From: Rhabdochlamydiaceae bacterium
GTDB lineage: Bacteria; Chlamydiota; Chlamydiia; Chlamydiales; Rhabdochlamydiaceae
Length of the DNA: 64,000 nucleotides
Reading direction: 5' to 3'
Assembly: GCA_035478995.1 (NCBI GenBank)
Contig: DATIJE010000004.1
Coordinates: 6,218 to 70,217, forward strand
Shown here: one piece after another, positions 46,703-56,356 of the stretch
Position numbering within the stretch: position 1 is the first letter of the stretch
Layout: every line of letters starts with the position of its first letter
Notes under the pieces: model-generated
What the model saw: the letters and a program-made list of their open reading frames with translations, nothing else
Databases searched by the model: none
What the model was told of the DNA's origin: nothing
Position numbers and translations under genes: made by a program

Positions 46703-48136
46703 TTACAGAACTTCCGCTGCGATGGCTGCAAGTTCCGAGCGTTCGGTGCGCTCTAAAAAGACATGTCCGTAAATAGGATATTGTTTGAACTTACTGACGA
46801 TGAAGGTAAGTCCGTTTGAATCTTTATCGAGATAGGGATTGTCTATCTGGGTCGGGTCGCCTGTGAGAATGACCTTTGTCCCCTGTCCAGCACGAGAGAC
46901 GATCGTTTTGACTTCGTGAGGGGTCAAATTCTGCGCCTCGTCGATGATCATGAACATTTTTGGCAAGGAGCGTCCACGAATGTATGTCACCGCTTCCATT
47001 TCGATTTTTTTGCTTTCAACGATCCACTTTTGCGTCTCTACGCCATTGCCTTGGCCGCTGGATGATTGGCATAGGAATTCAAGGTTGTCATAGATGGGCT
47101 GCATCCAATGATACAGCTTTTCTTCTTTTGTTCCGGGCAAATAGCCTATGTCCTTTCCAAGCGGGATGATGGGCCTGCTGACCAGGATCCGTGTGTAGAG
47201 GTTTTCGTCAAACACTTTGCGAAGCCCTGCAGCCAATGCGAGTAGCGTCTTGCCAGTTCCAGCCTGCCCGACCAATGTGACAAGCTTGACATCATCGCGC
47301 AACAGTAGATCCAATGCACATTTTTGTTCCAGGTTGAGCGGAAGGATACCCCAGATATCCCTCGATAACTTCATGAGAGGTTCAAGGCGTCCTGATACGC
47401 GGTTGTATTTGCAGATAGCGGAAGATTGTTCTGTGGAGGTCAGAAGGCAATATTCATTTGGATTGAAGTCTTTGACGTCCATTTCCAGAAAGCCGTCTTT
47501 GTAGAACAAATCGATCTCTCGTTTAGAAACGTCAATTTTTCGATACCCGCGATAGATTTCATCGTACGCGGCTTTGAGGTTTTCATAATCTTCTGCTTCG
47601 AGTCCGATCGCCTCCGCCTTCACTCTCAATACGAAGTCTTTAGAGACCACCACGACCCGTTCGTTCGTCTCTCTAATTTGATAAGCTGCTAACAGAATTC
47701 GATTATTTTGACGGTCGAGAGGTAAAGGGAATGCTCTTTTGTCCTGTGATTTCACTTCGAGGTGGACACGGACCGTGATCCCGTTTTCGATTTTGACCCC
47801 GCTATGTAGATCCCCGGTTTTCTTTTGTTTCAAAGAGTCAATATACCTCATTACTTGTCTGGCATTTTTTCCAAGTTCGTCTGACAACCGCTTCATCCCG
47901 TCTAGTTCTTCCAATACAGCGAGAGGAATGACGACATCGTTGTTATTGAATTTAACAATTGCATCTGGATCGTGCAGCAGAACGTTCGTGTCTATGACAA
48001 ATGTTTTTCGGGCCACGATTTTACTCTCCTCTGATTCGCTTTGTACTACTCCCTGAGGTCGAATGATAAAGTTCGACATGTTTGGTGAGTCATCGGCGGG
48101 TTTGATTCTTTTGTTGTCGATTTCTGATCTTTGCAT
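46703..48136 (-). CDS. phoH: PIN-domain PhoH-like ATPase (PhoH2/YlaK)
   Basis: N-terminal PIN (FVIDTNVLLHDP ... VLEELD), Walker A (GQAGTGKTLLALAAG) and Walker B (MIIDEAQN). Confidence 0.85.
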   Translation of the reverse strand: MQRSEIDNKRIKPADDSPNMSNFIIRPQGVVQSESEESKIVARKTFVIDTNVLLHDPDAIVKFNNNDVVIPLAVLEELDGMKRLSDELGKNARQVMRYIDSLKQKKTGDLHSGVKIENGITVRVHLEVKSQDKRAFPLPLDRQNNRILLAAYQIRETNERVVVVSKDFVLRVKAEAIGLEAEDYENLKAAYDEIYRGYRKIDVSKREIDLFYKDGFLEMDVKDFNPNEYCLLTSTEQSSAICKYNRVSGRLEPLMKLSRDIWGILPLNLEQKCALDLLLRDDVKLVTLVGQAGTGKTLLALAAGLRKVFDENLYTRILVSRPIIPLGKDIGYLPGTKEEKLYHWMQPIYDNLEFLCQSSSGQGNGVETQKWIVESKKIEMEAVTYIRGRSLPKMFMIIDEAQNLTPHEVKTIVSRAGQGTKVILTGDPTQIDNPYLDKDSNGLTFIVSKFKQYPIYGHVFLERTERSELAAIAAEVL

Positions 48137-48459
48137 AATTCTCCTGGTTTAAAATTGCTTTCAAACGACTGGGAAGATTTCCATTTAATGTTGTAAATTA
48201 AAAGGATACAACGACTTAGAACTTAATAGGTTTTGAAACAGTTTTTATGGGAATGGACTTGTGAAAAGAAAGAATGAATTTGAGATATTTGTTCATATGG
48301 ATTACCTTAATTTGCATAACTAGTTAACTTAAGCATATATTTAAATGATCTCTTCGACAACTTTTTTCTTTAATTTTTTTCATCTTATTTTTACAAAGGT
48401 CTAAAAATCAGTTATTTACTTATTAAATCAGCAGATAAACGATTAGAGTGCTAAATCAA

Positions 48460-48488
48460 TTGACATAGGTGAAGCAATCTTTTATAAT
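48460..48488 (+). promoter_or_regulatory. Consensus sigma-70-type promoter
   Basis: TTGACA (48460-48465), a 17-nt spacer and TATAAT (48483-48488). It ends 44 nt upstream of the 48532 ATG. Confidence 0.55.
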
Positions 48489-48531
48489 AATAGTTAAAAT
48501 TCATTTGGATTATTAACAAGGCAGGTATTCC

Positions 48532-49287
48532 ATGAGAATCAACCACAAGATCCTAAGCATCCCCCCTTATATCTCCACGTCATGGAAAAACATCACTTCT
48601 CTTCATTGCGAATATCGAGAAGAAGTACTTGTTCTCGTCGTCGGCCTGAATAATGGGACCAGAATCGAAATCCCTCAACTAGAAGCCTCTGCAATAGAGG
48701 CCATTTTTGCCGCCCACTCCAAATTTTTAGAACAGGACCAAACTGGCATTTCTCAAAAAAATCATCCAGTCCCACGTCCTTCTTTCCAAGCTCCAGGAAA
48801 TGGATCCCCGTCTAATGAACCGTCCTCTTTTCCATCCGGCGTCCCCTTTCTTCAGATTGGCCCTGCCGGCATAGAGAATTTTGGATCGGTCCTGCAGCAT
48901 AATCCGGAAATGTCCAATGCTCCTGATCTTCCAAAGGAAATGTTGAATAAAATTGCATCTATCTCAAAAGCGGTAGGAATCGACGATCCGAATCTTCTTC
49001 CTAAACCTGAACCTCATTGCAATTGTTTCCATTGTCAAATTTCACGCGCGATCCAATTGGCCGATGAAGGGGAACAACCACCGGCTGAAAATGCAGTAGA
49101 AGAAGTCGTTTCTGATGAAGATTTGAAGTTTCGTCTATGGGATGTCGCACAGACATCGGACAAACTGTATCTTGTAAGCAATCCTATGGATTCTAAAGAG
49201 CATTACAGCGTTTTCTTGGGTGAGCCTATAGGATGCACCTGTGGAGAAAAAAATTGCGAGCATGTCCGCGCTGTATTAAATAGTTAA
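48532..49287 (+). CDS. Hypothetical protein with a C-terminal SWIM-type zinc-finger-like motif
   Basis: GCTCGEKNCEHVRAV fits CxCxnCxH. An additional HCNCFHCQ motif lies upstream. Confidence 0.45.
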   Translation: MRINHKILSIPPYISTSWKNITSLHCEYREEVLVLVVGLNNGTRIEIPQLEASAIEAIFAAHSKFLEQDQTGISQKNHPVPRPSFQAPGNGSPSNEPSSFPSGVPFLQIGPAGIENFGSVLQHNPEMSNAPDLPKEMLNKIASISKAVGIDDPNLLPKPEPHCNCFHCQISRAIQLADEGEQPPAENAVEEVVSDEDLKFRLWDVAQTSDKLYLVSNPMDSKEHYSVFLGEPIGCTCGEKNCEHVRAVLNS

Positions 49288-49316
49288 GCAGTTTACCAAA
49301 TTTATTAAACAGAAAA

Positions 49317-49350
49317 GGCCGTAGAAGAAATTCTGCGGCCTTTTCTTTTT
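49317..49350 (+). terminator. Rho-independent terminator
   Basis: Stem GGCCGTAGAA, loop gaaa, stem TTCTGCGGCC, followed by TTTTCTTTTT. Confidence 0.65.
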
Positions 49351-49425
49351 GCTTTTATTAAAAAAACCTAAATTCTAGAATGTGGATTTATATAACATGC
49401 AAAGGGGTAGGAGGGAATTTATAAC

Positions 49426-50658
49426 ATGTCTAGATTTTTGCCGTATGTATGTACCACACTCGCAGCATTATCTCTGAGTTATGCAAGCGCTGATGAAGGT
49501 TATCAAGACGATGTAGCCGAGGCTCCCACTTTCGTCAGAGACTCCACGGTTGCATCGAACTTTTCAGATAAACAACCTGCAGCGAAACCTCAAGAAATCG
49601 CTATCAAACCTTTCACTGGAAAAGTCAAAGGAAAAAAAGTCCGAATGCGGCTCAATGCAGAATTGGATAGCCGCGTTATCAAGGAACTCAATGCAAATGA
49701 ATTGCTTTCCGTTGTAGGAGAAAAGGGAGATTTTTGGGCTGTCGATCCTCCTGCAGGAACCAAAGCTTATGTGTTCCGCAGTTTTGTCCTTGATAATGTC
49801 GTTGAAGGAAACCGTGTCAATGTACGTATCGAACCCGATCTAGAAGCCCCAGTCATCGGACATCTAAATGCCGGAGACAGGGTTCAAGGGATCGTCTCCT
49901 CATTAAATAATAAATGGCTGGAAATCGCTCCTCCAGCGCAAACCCATTTCTACGTCGCTAAAGACTATCTCGATAACGTCGGCGGTCTGGAAGTGAAAAA
50001 ACAATACGATAAACGCAAAACCTCAGCGGAACAACTTCTGGATGCAGCGAGCCTGTTGAGTAAAACCGAGCTTCGCAAGCCTTTTGATGAAATTGACCTT
50101 GAAAGGATCACCCATAGTTATAATAACGTCATCCATGACTATGCTGAATTTCCAGAATACGTCGAAAAAGCAAGAGAATCGCTTGCAAGCCTGCAAGAGT
50201 CTTACATCCAGAAAAAAATTGCCTATCTTGAATCAAAAAATATGGCCTCCCTCGAAGGAAAACAAGGATTTGACTCGGATGATGCGCAGAATCAAAAAAG
50301 CAGCTTTGCGCTGACTGCTATAGATGCGACAGACAGAATGAAGCTTTGGGAACCTATCGAAGAGTCTTTGTATCTTTCATGGGCACGCATGAATGAAGAC
50401 CGAACCATGCAGGATTTTTATGAAGAGCAGAAAATAGCCGCGGTGCCTTTGAACGGCATCCTCGAAGCCTACGTATCCCCTGTGAAGAACAAACCGGGAG
50501 ATTTCATCTTGCGCGACAAGGACCTGCCAGTCGCTTATTTGTACAGCACACAAATAAACTTGCAACATCTTATCGGGAAAAAAATCAGTATTGTTGGAGT
50601 TCAAAGACCTAACAATAATTTTGCTTTCCCAGCTTATTTTGTTCTTTCAGTAGAGTGA
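49426..50658 (+). CDS. Secreted protein with two bacterial SH3 (SH3b) domains
   Basis: It has a signal peptide. KKVRMRLNAELDSRVIKELNANELLSVVGEKGDFWAV and NRVNVRIEPDLEAPVIGHLNAGDRVQG...NKWLEI match the SH3_3 pattern. Confidence 0.6.
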   Translation: MSRFLPYVCTTLAALSLSYASADEGYQDDVAEAPTFVRDSTVASNFSDKQPAAKPQEIAIKPFTGKVKGKKVRMRLNAELDSRVIKELNANELLSVVGEKGDFWAVDPPAGTKAYVFRSFVLDNVVEGNRVNVRIEPDLEAPVIGHLNAGDRVQGIVSSLNNKWLEIAPPAQTHFYVAKDYLDNVGGLEVKKQYDKRKTSAEQLLDAASLLSKTELRKPFDEIDLERITHSYNNVIHDYAEFPEYVEKARESLASLQESYIQKKIAYLESKNMASLEGKQGFDSDDAQNQKSSFALTAIDATDRMKLWEPIEESLYLSWARMNEDRTMQDFYEEQKIAAVPLNGILEAYVSPVKNKPGDFILRDKDLPVAYLYSTQINLQHLIGKKISIVGVQRPNNNFAFPAYFVLSVE

Positions 50659-50672
50659 TGTTTTAATCCATT

Positions 50673-50706
50673 GCCCTGATCTTTCCTGATCAGGGCTTTC
50701 TTTTTT
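50673..50706 (+). terminator. Rho-independent terminator
   Basis: Stem GCCCTGATC, loop tttcct, stem GATCAGGGC, followed by TTTCTTTTTT. Confidence 0.65.
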
Positions 50707-50717
50707 AAGCTTCAATT

Positions 50718-51494
50718 ATGGAAATTAGAGAATGGGCCAATCGCATCCTTGCTGCAGATAACATCGAGGAAAAGCTGCTCGATCCAATTGTTCTTACCGA
50801 TCATCAACCGGGACCTCCCATTTTTTGGAAAGAACCTTCCAGACCGCAGGGTATGGAATTCAAGCGGCATTCCCGCAAGGAAAAGCTGCCTGCTTTCCAT
50901 GAACACCGCGATCCAGATAAACGCGCCATTTGCATGCATCGTTTTGCCGGCCATGAACTATTAGCAGTCGAAATCATGGCCTACGCTCTACTTGCCTTTC
51001 CCGAAGCTCCCAGTCATTTCAGGCGCGGAGTTGCAAACACTTTGCGGGAAGAACAAGGGCACGTTCAGCTTTATATAAAGAGAATGGCTGAAATGGGACT
51101 GCGGTTTGGCGATCTCCCTCTCTACCGTCATTTCTGGTCCTATGTTCCATTTTTAACTTCTCCCCTTCGCTATATCAGTGTGATGAGCTTGACTTTTGAA
51201 ATGGCAAACTTGGACTTTGCTCCTCTTTATGGGAATTCTTTTGCGCGCTGCGGAGATGAAGCATCCGCGGCATTGATGAACACAATCCTGGAAGATGAAA
51301 TCGCCCACGTCGCTTTTGGATGGAATTGGCTTCGCAAAATGAAGCCCGGAGAACTTTCTGAATGGGAAACCTGGCTAAACAACACGCCAGCGATCATGAC
51401 GCCTAAACGGGCATGCGGATTCGTGGTCATGGAAGAAAATCGAAAGCGCGCAGGCATCCCTGAAGATTGGATCCACAATCTGCAATCCTGCTAA
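50718..51494 (+). CDS. DUF455 ferritin-like di-iron protein
   Basis: FAGHELLAVEIMAYALLAFPEAP..FRRGVANTLREEQGHVQLYIKRMAEMGLRFGDLP and DEIAHVAFG (ExxH motifs). Confidence 0.65.
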   Translation: MEIREWANRILAADNIEEKLLDPIVLTDHQPGPPIFWKEPSRPQGMEFKRHSRKEKLPAFHEHRDPDKRAICMHRFAGHELLAVEIMAYALLAFPEAPSHFRRGVANTLREEQGHVQLYIKRMAEMGLRFGDLPLYRHFWSYVPFLTSPLRYISVMSLTFEMANLDFAPLYGNSFARCGDEASAALMNTILEDEIAHVAFGWNWLRKMKPGELSEWETWLNNTPAIMTPKRACGFVVMEENRKRAGIPEDWIHNLQSC

Positions 51495-51576
51495 AAGAAC
51501 GCAGACTAAAGTCTACGCTACAAAAAAATGCGGTTGCGGGTTATCATCATCCCTTTTTTTGTATATTTATTAGATT

Positions 51577-53103
51577 ATGCCTCTTGCTGTCATTCATTCG
51601 CTTGCGTTTCTGGGCGTCGATGCAATTTCGATCGATGTCGAAGTCGATGTAAAAAGCTCCGATAAATTTTCTTTGATCATTGTAGGGCTGCCTGACGCCG
51701 CTGTAAAGGAATCGAAAGACCGCGTTTTGACTGCCATCGGCAATTCGGGATTCAAGCTGAACACGTGTCATTGTACTGTCAATCTAGCACCGGGCGATTT
51801 AAAAAAAGAAGGCCCATTGTACGATCTTCCCATTGCATTGGGAATCCTTTGCTGCAATGGGGTGATTTCCAACTCTACTTATGAAGATTACCTGTACGCG
51901 GGCGAGCTTGGACTGAGCGGACAAATGAGGCCTATGCGCGGCGCACTTTCTGCCGCTCTTTTGGCGCGGAAGCTGGGCAAAAAAGGGGTTCTTCTTCCTG
52001 CTGCGAATGCTCGGGAGGCAGCGTCTGTTCCGAACATTTCTGTGATCGGGATCGAAGGACTAAAAGACGCATTGCAGTTTTTGCAAGACCCTTCGTCAAT
52101 TGCCCCAAGTGTTTATCATCATCGATCTGATTCTGCTGTGTGCACATCTTCTTTAGATTTTGCCAATATTAAAGGCCAGCTGCATGCTAAACGGGCATTG
52201 GAGATCGCGGCAAGTGGAGGACACAATGTATTGTTTTTCGGACCTCCAGGATCAGGAAAGACCATTTTAGCCAAGGCCATGTGCGGAATCCTCCCTTCTT
52301 TGTCGATCGAAGAATCGCTAGAAGTGACCAAAATCCATTCTATCGCAGGTTTATTGTCTGAAGAGAACAGCCTGGTCCTGCAAAGGCCTTTTCGTTCTCC
52401 TCATCATACGATCAGTCCGGCAGGTTTGATCGGCGGTGGCAGCATTCCCAGACCTGGAGAAATTTCTCTCGCACATAAAGGTGTGCTCTTCCTTGACGAG
52501 CTTCCGGAATTTCCTAGATCTGCTTTGGAAGTACTGCGGCAGCCCTTGGAAAATAAATCCATCACTATTTCACGTGCTTTTGGCACTGTGGCCTTCCCGA
52601 CAGACTGCATTTTTATTGCGGCTATGAACCCATGCCCTTGCGGTCTTTTGGGACATCCAAAGAAACCGTGCCGCGACACTCCCACTCAAATTCAAAAATA
52701 TCGAAACAAGATCTCCGGCCCCATTCTCGACCGGATCGATATGCACATTGAAGTTCCTTCGATCTCCTTTGCAGACATGAGCTTTCCTTCCCATTCTGAA
52801 AGTTCAGCATCTGTTCAAAAAAGAGTGATCGCTGCACGATCTGTCCAATATGCAAGACAAGGAGGAAGCACAATCAATGCATTGCTATCTTCTGAAGACA
52901 TTGCTACTTTTTGCCATCTGGACCACCCTTGCTCTCTATTGATGAGGGAAGCGATGGATAAGATGGGGATTTCTGCTCGGGCTTACCATCGGATTTTAAA
53001 GGTCGCTCGAACAATTGCGGATTTAGAACAAAAAGTCCAGATTCATAAAGAGCATTTGATGGAAGCCATCAGTTTCAGGTCCTGGGAAAGACCAATAGGT
53101 TAG
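51577..53103 (+). CDS. comM: YifB/ComM family Mg-chelatase-like ATPase
   Basis: N-terminal Lon-protease-like domain (GVDAISIDVEVDV, GPLYDLPIALGIL), Walker A (FGPPGSGKT), LFLDELPEF and the NPCPCG zinc motif. Confidence 0.9.
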   Translation: MPLAVIHSLAFLGVDAISIDVEVDVKSSDKFSLIIVGLPDAAVKESKDRVLTAIGNSGFKLNTCHCTVNLAPGDLKKEGPLYDLPIALGILCCNGVISNSTYEDYLYAGELGLSGQMRPMRGALSAALLARKLGKKGVLLPAANAREAASVPNISVIGIEGLKDALQFLQDPSSIAPSVYHHRSDSAVCTSSLDFANIKGQLHAKRALEIAASGGHNVLFFGPPGSGKTILAKAMCGILPSLSIEESLEVTKIHSIAGLLSEENSLVLQRPFRSPHHTISPAGLIGGGSIPRPGEISLAHKGVLFLDELPEFPRSALEVLRQPLENKSITISRAFGTVAFPTDCIFIAAMNPCPCGLLGHPKKPCRDTPTQIQKYRNKISGPILDRIDMHIEVPSISFADMSFPSHSESSASVQKRVIAARSVQYARQGGSTINALLSSEDIATFCHLDHPCSLLMREAMDKMGISARAYHRILKVARTIADLEQKVQIHKEHLMEAISFRSWERPIG

Positions 53104-53112
53104 AGACGTTCT

Positions 53113-53739
53113 CTAGCGGCTCATGGTTACCTGAGCGCAAAACATCACGAATGGTTGAAGAGCGGTGTCTCTAATCGCATCGTCAATCGCTTCGTCACAT
53201 AAAATCACGCTAGATCGCCACTTGATCACTTCGCTTAAGTTTTTCTTTCTTAAAAGAGGCATTACCTCTTTAAGTTGAACCAAAAAATTTTCATAGATTT
53301 TTTCGATCTGCGGTTTCAATTCCGTTTTATAGTCCAAAATATCAGCAAATTGGTCGATCCCGTCTCTTTTCCAATTTTCAAAATAATTGATCTGGATCAT
53401 TTTCATAGCTTCTAATTGAGCCTGAAAGACATCTTTCACCATTTCGGACGAGAGGCCGGCAGGAATGCCCTTTTGAGATAATTTTTCCAGTAGGATTTTT
53501 TCTTTTTCCATATTCCCTATGGAAGACTTCTGATTCCATTTCCATTTTGCTACATTATGCATCGTCGAAAATAATTCTTGCATTGCATTCAAGACGCCGT
53601 CTATTTTCTCTATGAATTCATGATCGACCATTTGTACAGCAGGCGCTGCGGGCTCAGCATGTAGGGCCGGCATCGCAACAGAAATTTCCATAATTGCCAG
53701 ATAAAACGCTAGTTTCATTTTCATGTTAGACCTACGCAC
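53113..53739 (-). CDS. Secreted chorismate-mutase-like (AroQ-fold) protein
   Basis: It has a signal peptide. IEKIDGVLNAMQELFSTMHNVAKWKW...MEKEKILLEKL resembles the AroQ helix-1/loop pattern R.eID.lD..ll.L...R...VA..K....D..RE..vl. The first Arg is not conserved. Confidence 0.35.
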   Translation of the reverse strand: MRRSNMKMKLAFYLAIMEISVAMPALHAEPAAPAVQMVDHEFIEKIDGVLNAMQELFSTMHNVAKWKWNQKSSIGNMEKEKILLEKLSQKGIPAGLSSEMVKDVFQAQLEAMKMIQINYFENWKRDGIDQFADILDYKTELKPQIEKIYENFLVQLKEVMPLLRKKNLSEVIKWRSSVILCDEAIDDAIRDTALQPFVMFCAQVTMSR

Positions 53740-53852
53740 AAAACAGACAAAGATTTGTCAGAGTTTGCTTTAAAAAAGTTTTTAAAGCAATATCAAAGCC
53801 TTGCAGAATATCAAACCCAATTCTATAATATTTCCACCTTATAGGCATCCTT

Positions 53853-55208
53853 ATGTCAGTTGAAGCCATTTTTCCTTCCTCCACTCCAAAACATCCAGAC
53901 CATTTTCAAGGTGTTTACGAAGCCTCTTCAGAACATGAAATAGGCAATGTTCAAAAAGTATTTCAAGAAACGGTGAAAAGAAAAACATGCGACAATCCAT
54001 CCGATCTCTCTTCAAAATGTGCGAAACCCGATCTACCAGAGAGCCCTGTTGATGAATCTCCTGATACCCTTCTTGTCATGAGAGGAGAAAAGCTTTATGT
54101 ACATTCAAAATCCCTGATCACAGATGAAGATGTGTATGCGCCTTTTGAACAAGAAGCCCCTACAATCCAGCCTTACATCGCTGCAACAGATCAACTCTTA
54201 TCGGGCGTCTGCTTTTACGTAGAACGGTCTTACTCAGAAAAGTTAAATGTGACGTTAAAAATTATACGGCGCATGCTTAAAGCGATAGAGAAAAATAACG
54301 GTGCGAGCCTCTCTATAAGCGAGCTAAATTCATTTCTTCCTAACAAATTGAAGAAAAAAATTGAAGAAGGGAACCATCCTCAATATACAATTGATCTTCC
54401 TTTTGGCACAGATCATCCAAATTATGCATTTAAAGATATCTACGTATTGGGATTAATTCTTAAAGCCCTGTTTATTTCCACTGCTGAAAATCAAGATATC
54501 GATAACCGATTGGTTAAGTTAATTCCAGGGATTACAGATAAATTTACTGAAATAGATTTCATAGGTTCTTCCTTGATTGGATATTTGCACGCTACGGAGA
54601 AAATTCTGATTAACATTGAAGAATCCAATCGCGCTGTACGAGACAATCTTACTTCTGTAACAAGCTGTTCTCAAACCATTCCACAAAAAAAGCAACCCTC
54701 CCCTGACCGTCCTATGCATGAAATGTTCTCTTGGGAAGCAGACAAGGTATATGTTCTTACAGATGTCTGCAAATTTATTCCTATTGAGAACAGGTTACTG
54801 ATCATCGATGGGATCGCCAGTAGAATTTTTGACATAGAAACTGCTTTATCTGAAGAGGAAATGCAATTCTATTCCCCCAAAAATATTGGTGTTTTTTCCT
54901 CTTCCATCGATAAACAATTGCATGTTTCTTCTATCAACCTCATTGAGTCATTTGCCGCTTCCGTTCATTCTGAGCCCGAATTACAATTACTCGATCCGAC
55001 AGCTATGAAAATGCAAAAGTTTCGATTCATCGAAACATTCATAGCAGAACTTTTTTCAGAGAGCGACCCAAAGGATTCTGAGATAGATAGAAAAATTACG
55101 AACCTACGCAAGAACCTAATAGACCCTAAGAATTCTTTAACCCTGACCCTTAATATGGTCAGACATGAAATTAAAAGATTGCGCTCATCATCGAAAATCC
55201 AGAACTGA
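53853..55208 (+). CDS. Hypothetical protein, tandem paralog 1
   Basis: It shares SISELNSFLPNK, KDIYVLGLILKALF and LLIIDGIASRIF...LSEEEMQFYSPKNIGVF blocks with the next ORF. Confidence 0.5.
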   Translation: MSVEAIFPSSTPKHPDHFQGVYEASSEHEIGNVQKVFQETVKRKTCDNPSDLSSKCAKPDLPESPVDESPDTLLVMRGEKLYVHSKSLITDEDVYAPFEQEAPTIQPYIAATDQLLSGVCFYVERSYSEKLNVTLKIIRRMLKAIEKNNGASLSISELNSFLPNKLKKKIEEGNHPQYTIDLPFGTDHPNYAFKDIYVLGLILKALFISTAENQDIDNRLVKLIPGITDKFTEIDFIGSSLIGYLHATEKILINIEESNRAVRDNLTSVTSCSQTIPQKKQPSPDRPMHEMFSWEADKVYVLTDVCKFIPIENRLLIIDGIASRIFDIETALSEEEMQFYSPKNIGVFSSSIDKQLHVSSINLIESFAASVHSEPELQLLDPTAMKMQKFRFIETFIAELFSESDPKDSEIDRKITNLRKNLIDPKNSLTLTLNMVRHEIKRLRSSSKIQN

Positions 55209-55225
55209 AAAATACCCAGGATTTT

Positions 55226-56356
55226 ATGACTCATAATTTAACTGTCCATCCTCCTTTACCGAATGTAAATCATTTTGGACTGCAATCTCATGCGGCTTCC
55301 GCTTCAAAAAAAAGGTCGTTTCAGGAGATCGAAAATAGATCTAGTCTTCTAGAAGCTTGTCGCACGAATCAGCTATCCACATCACAAAGGTTAAAAATCG
55401 CCGTAATCATTCTTGATCAGATGAAAATAACTCTTGGTAAATTGGGAGGTAACGGTTTTTCTCTGAATGAATTAGGAACATTTCTACCCGAAAATGTTCA
55501 AATTATTTTTGAAAAAGACTATCATAAAATCGAATTTGTACATTCTCGGGAATACACTCTTCCTGAAGAATGTTCTTGTTATCGCAATGATCCAAGATCC
55601 CAGATCAAAGATGTGTATATCGCATCCCATATCCTATACAAAATTTTGCCACAAGAAAGCTTTGAAAAGTTGCACGAACTCAATAAACCATTTTTCGGAA
55701 GCGATTGTAAAATAGGTAAGGAAAAGCCTCTCATTTCTTCTCTCAGGAAGGACCTTTTTGATCAATTGATCACGAATTTGGGAGAGCAAGCTCGGTCACA
55801 TGAAGAAAATGATCGTTTAGTTAATGAAAACGAAGAAAAAATTATTTATACATCTTCCGAACCTTTAGCTGCGCGAATGCGCACAAACTGTTACTATTCT
55901 TTTAATGAGTTTCGTAAATTTTTGCCTTCCAGAAGCAAATTATTGATCATCAACAATATCCTGCAAAAAATTTTTTATTCACGCGATGGCCTTTCTCAAG
56001 AGGAGATGCTTCAGTATTACCCCAGAAATATGTCAGTTTTTTATTCCTTAGAAAAAACTGTGACTATTTCTTCGTTGACAAATGTTACAGCGTTTCCTAA
56101 AAGCTACAGGCCTATGAATTCGTATTCTGAAGTATTCAAACGTTCTAAACCCGATAATCTCTTTATTGTTGCCAATCTACTAAGAGAATTCTTTCCATAT
56201 CAAGCATATGCATCTTATACATTCCAAAAGGAGATTCAAAAGGAGGTATATAATCTCATCTATGATTTAAGTTCTATAGATCCCTCCCGCCTTCCTGAAA
56301 TATTTGAAAAAATCCAACATATTTTCCTTAATACATTGAATCAAGTAGGAGTTTGA
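55226..56356 (+). CDS. Hypothetical protein, tandem paralog 2
   Basis: SLNELGTFLPEN, KDVYIASHILYKIL and LLIINNILQKIF...LSQEEMLQYYPRNMSVF. Confidence 0.5.
   Translation: MTHNLTVHPPLPNVNHFGLQSHAASASKKRSFQEIENRSSLLEACRTNQLSTSQRLKIAVIILDQMKITLGKLGGNGFSLNELGTFLPENVQIIFEKDYHKIEFVHSREYTLPEECSCYRNDPRSQIKDVYIASHILYKILPQESFEKLHELNKPFFGSDCKIGKEKPLISSLRKDLFDQLITNLGEQARSHEENDRLVNENEEKIIYTSSEPLAARMRTNCYYSFNEFRKFLPSRSKLLIINNILQKIFYSRDGLSQEEMLQYYPRNMSVFYSLEKTVTISSLTNVTAFPKSYRPMNSYSEVFKRSKPDNLFIVANLLREFFPYQAYASYTFQKEIQKEVYNLIYDLSSIDPSRLPEIFEKIQHIFLNTLNQVGV

Noticed and set aside
46576-46731. N-terminal extension of the ugd ORF up to 46731
   Set aside because: It overlaps the phoH2 stop region and has no similarity to Ugd. 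The ATG at 46575 gives a typical leader followed by the Rossmann fold.
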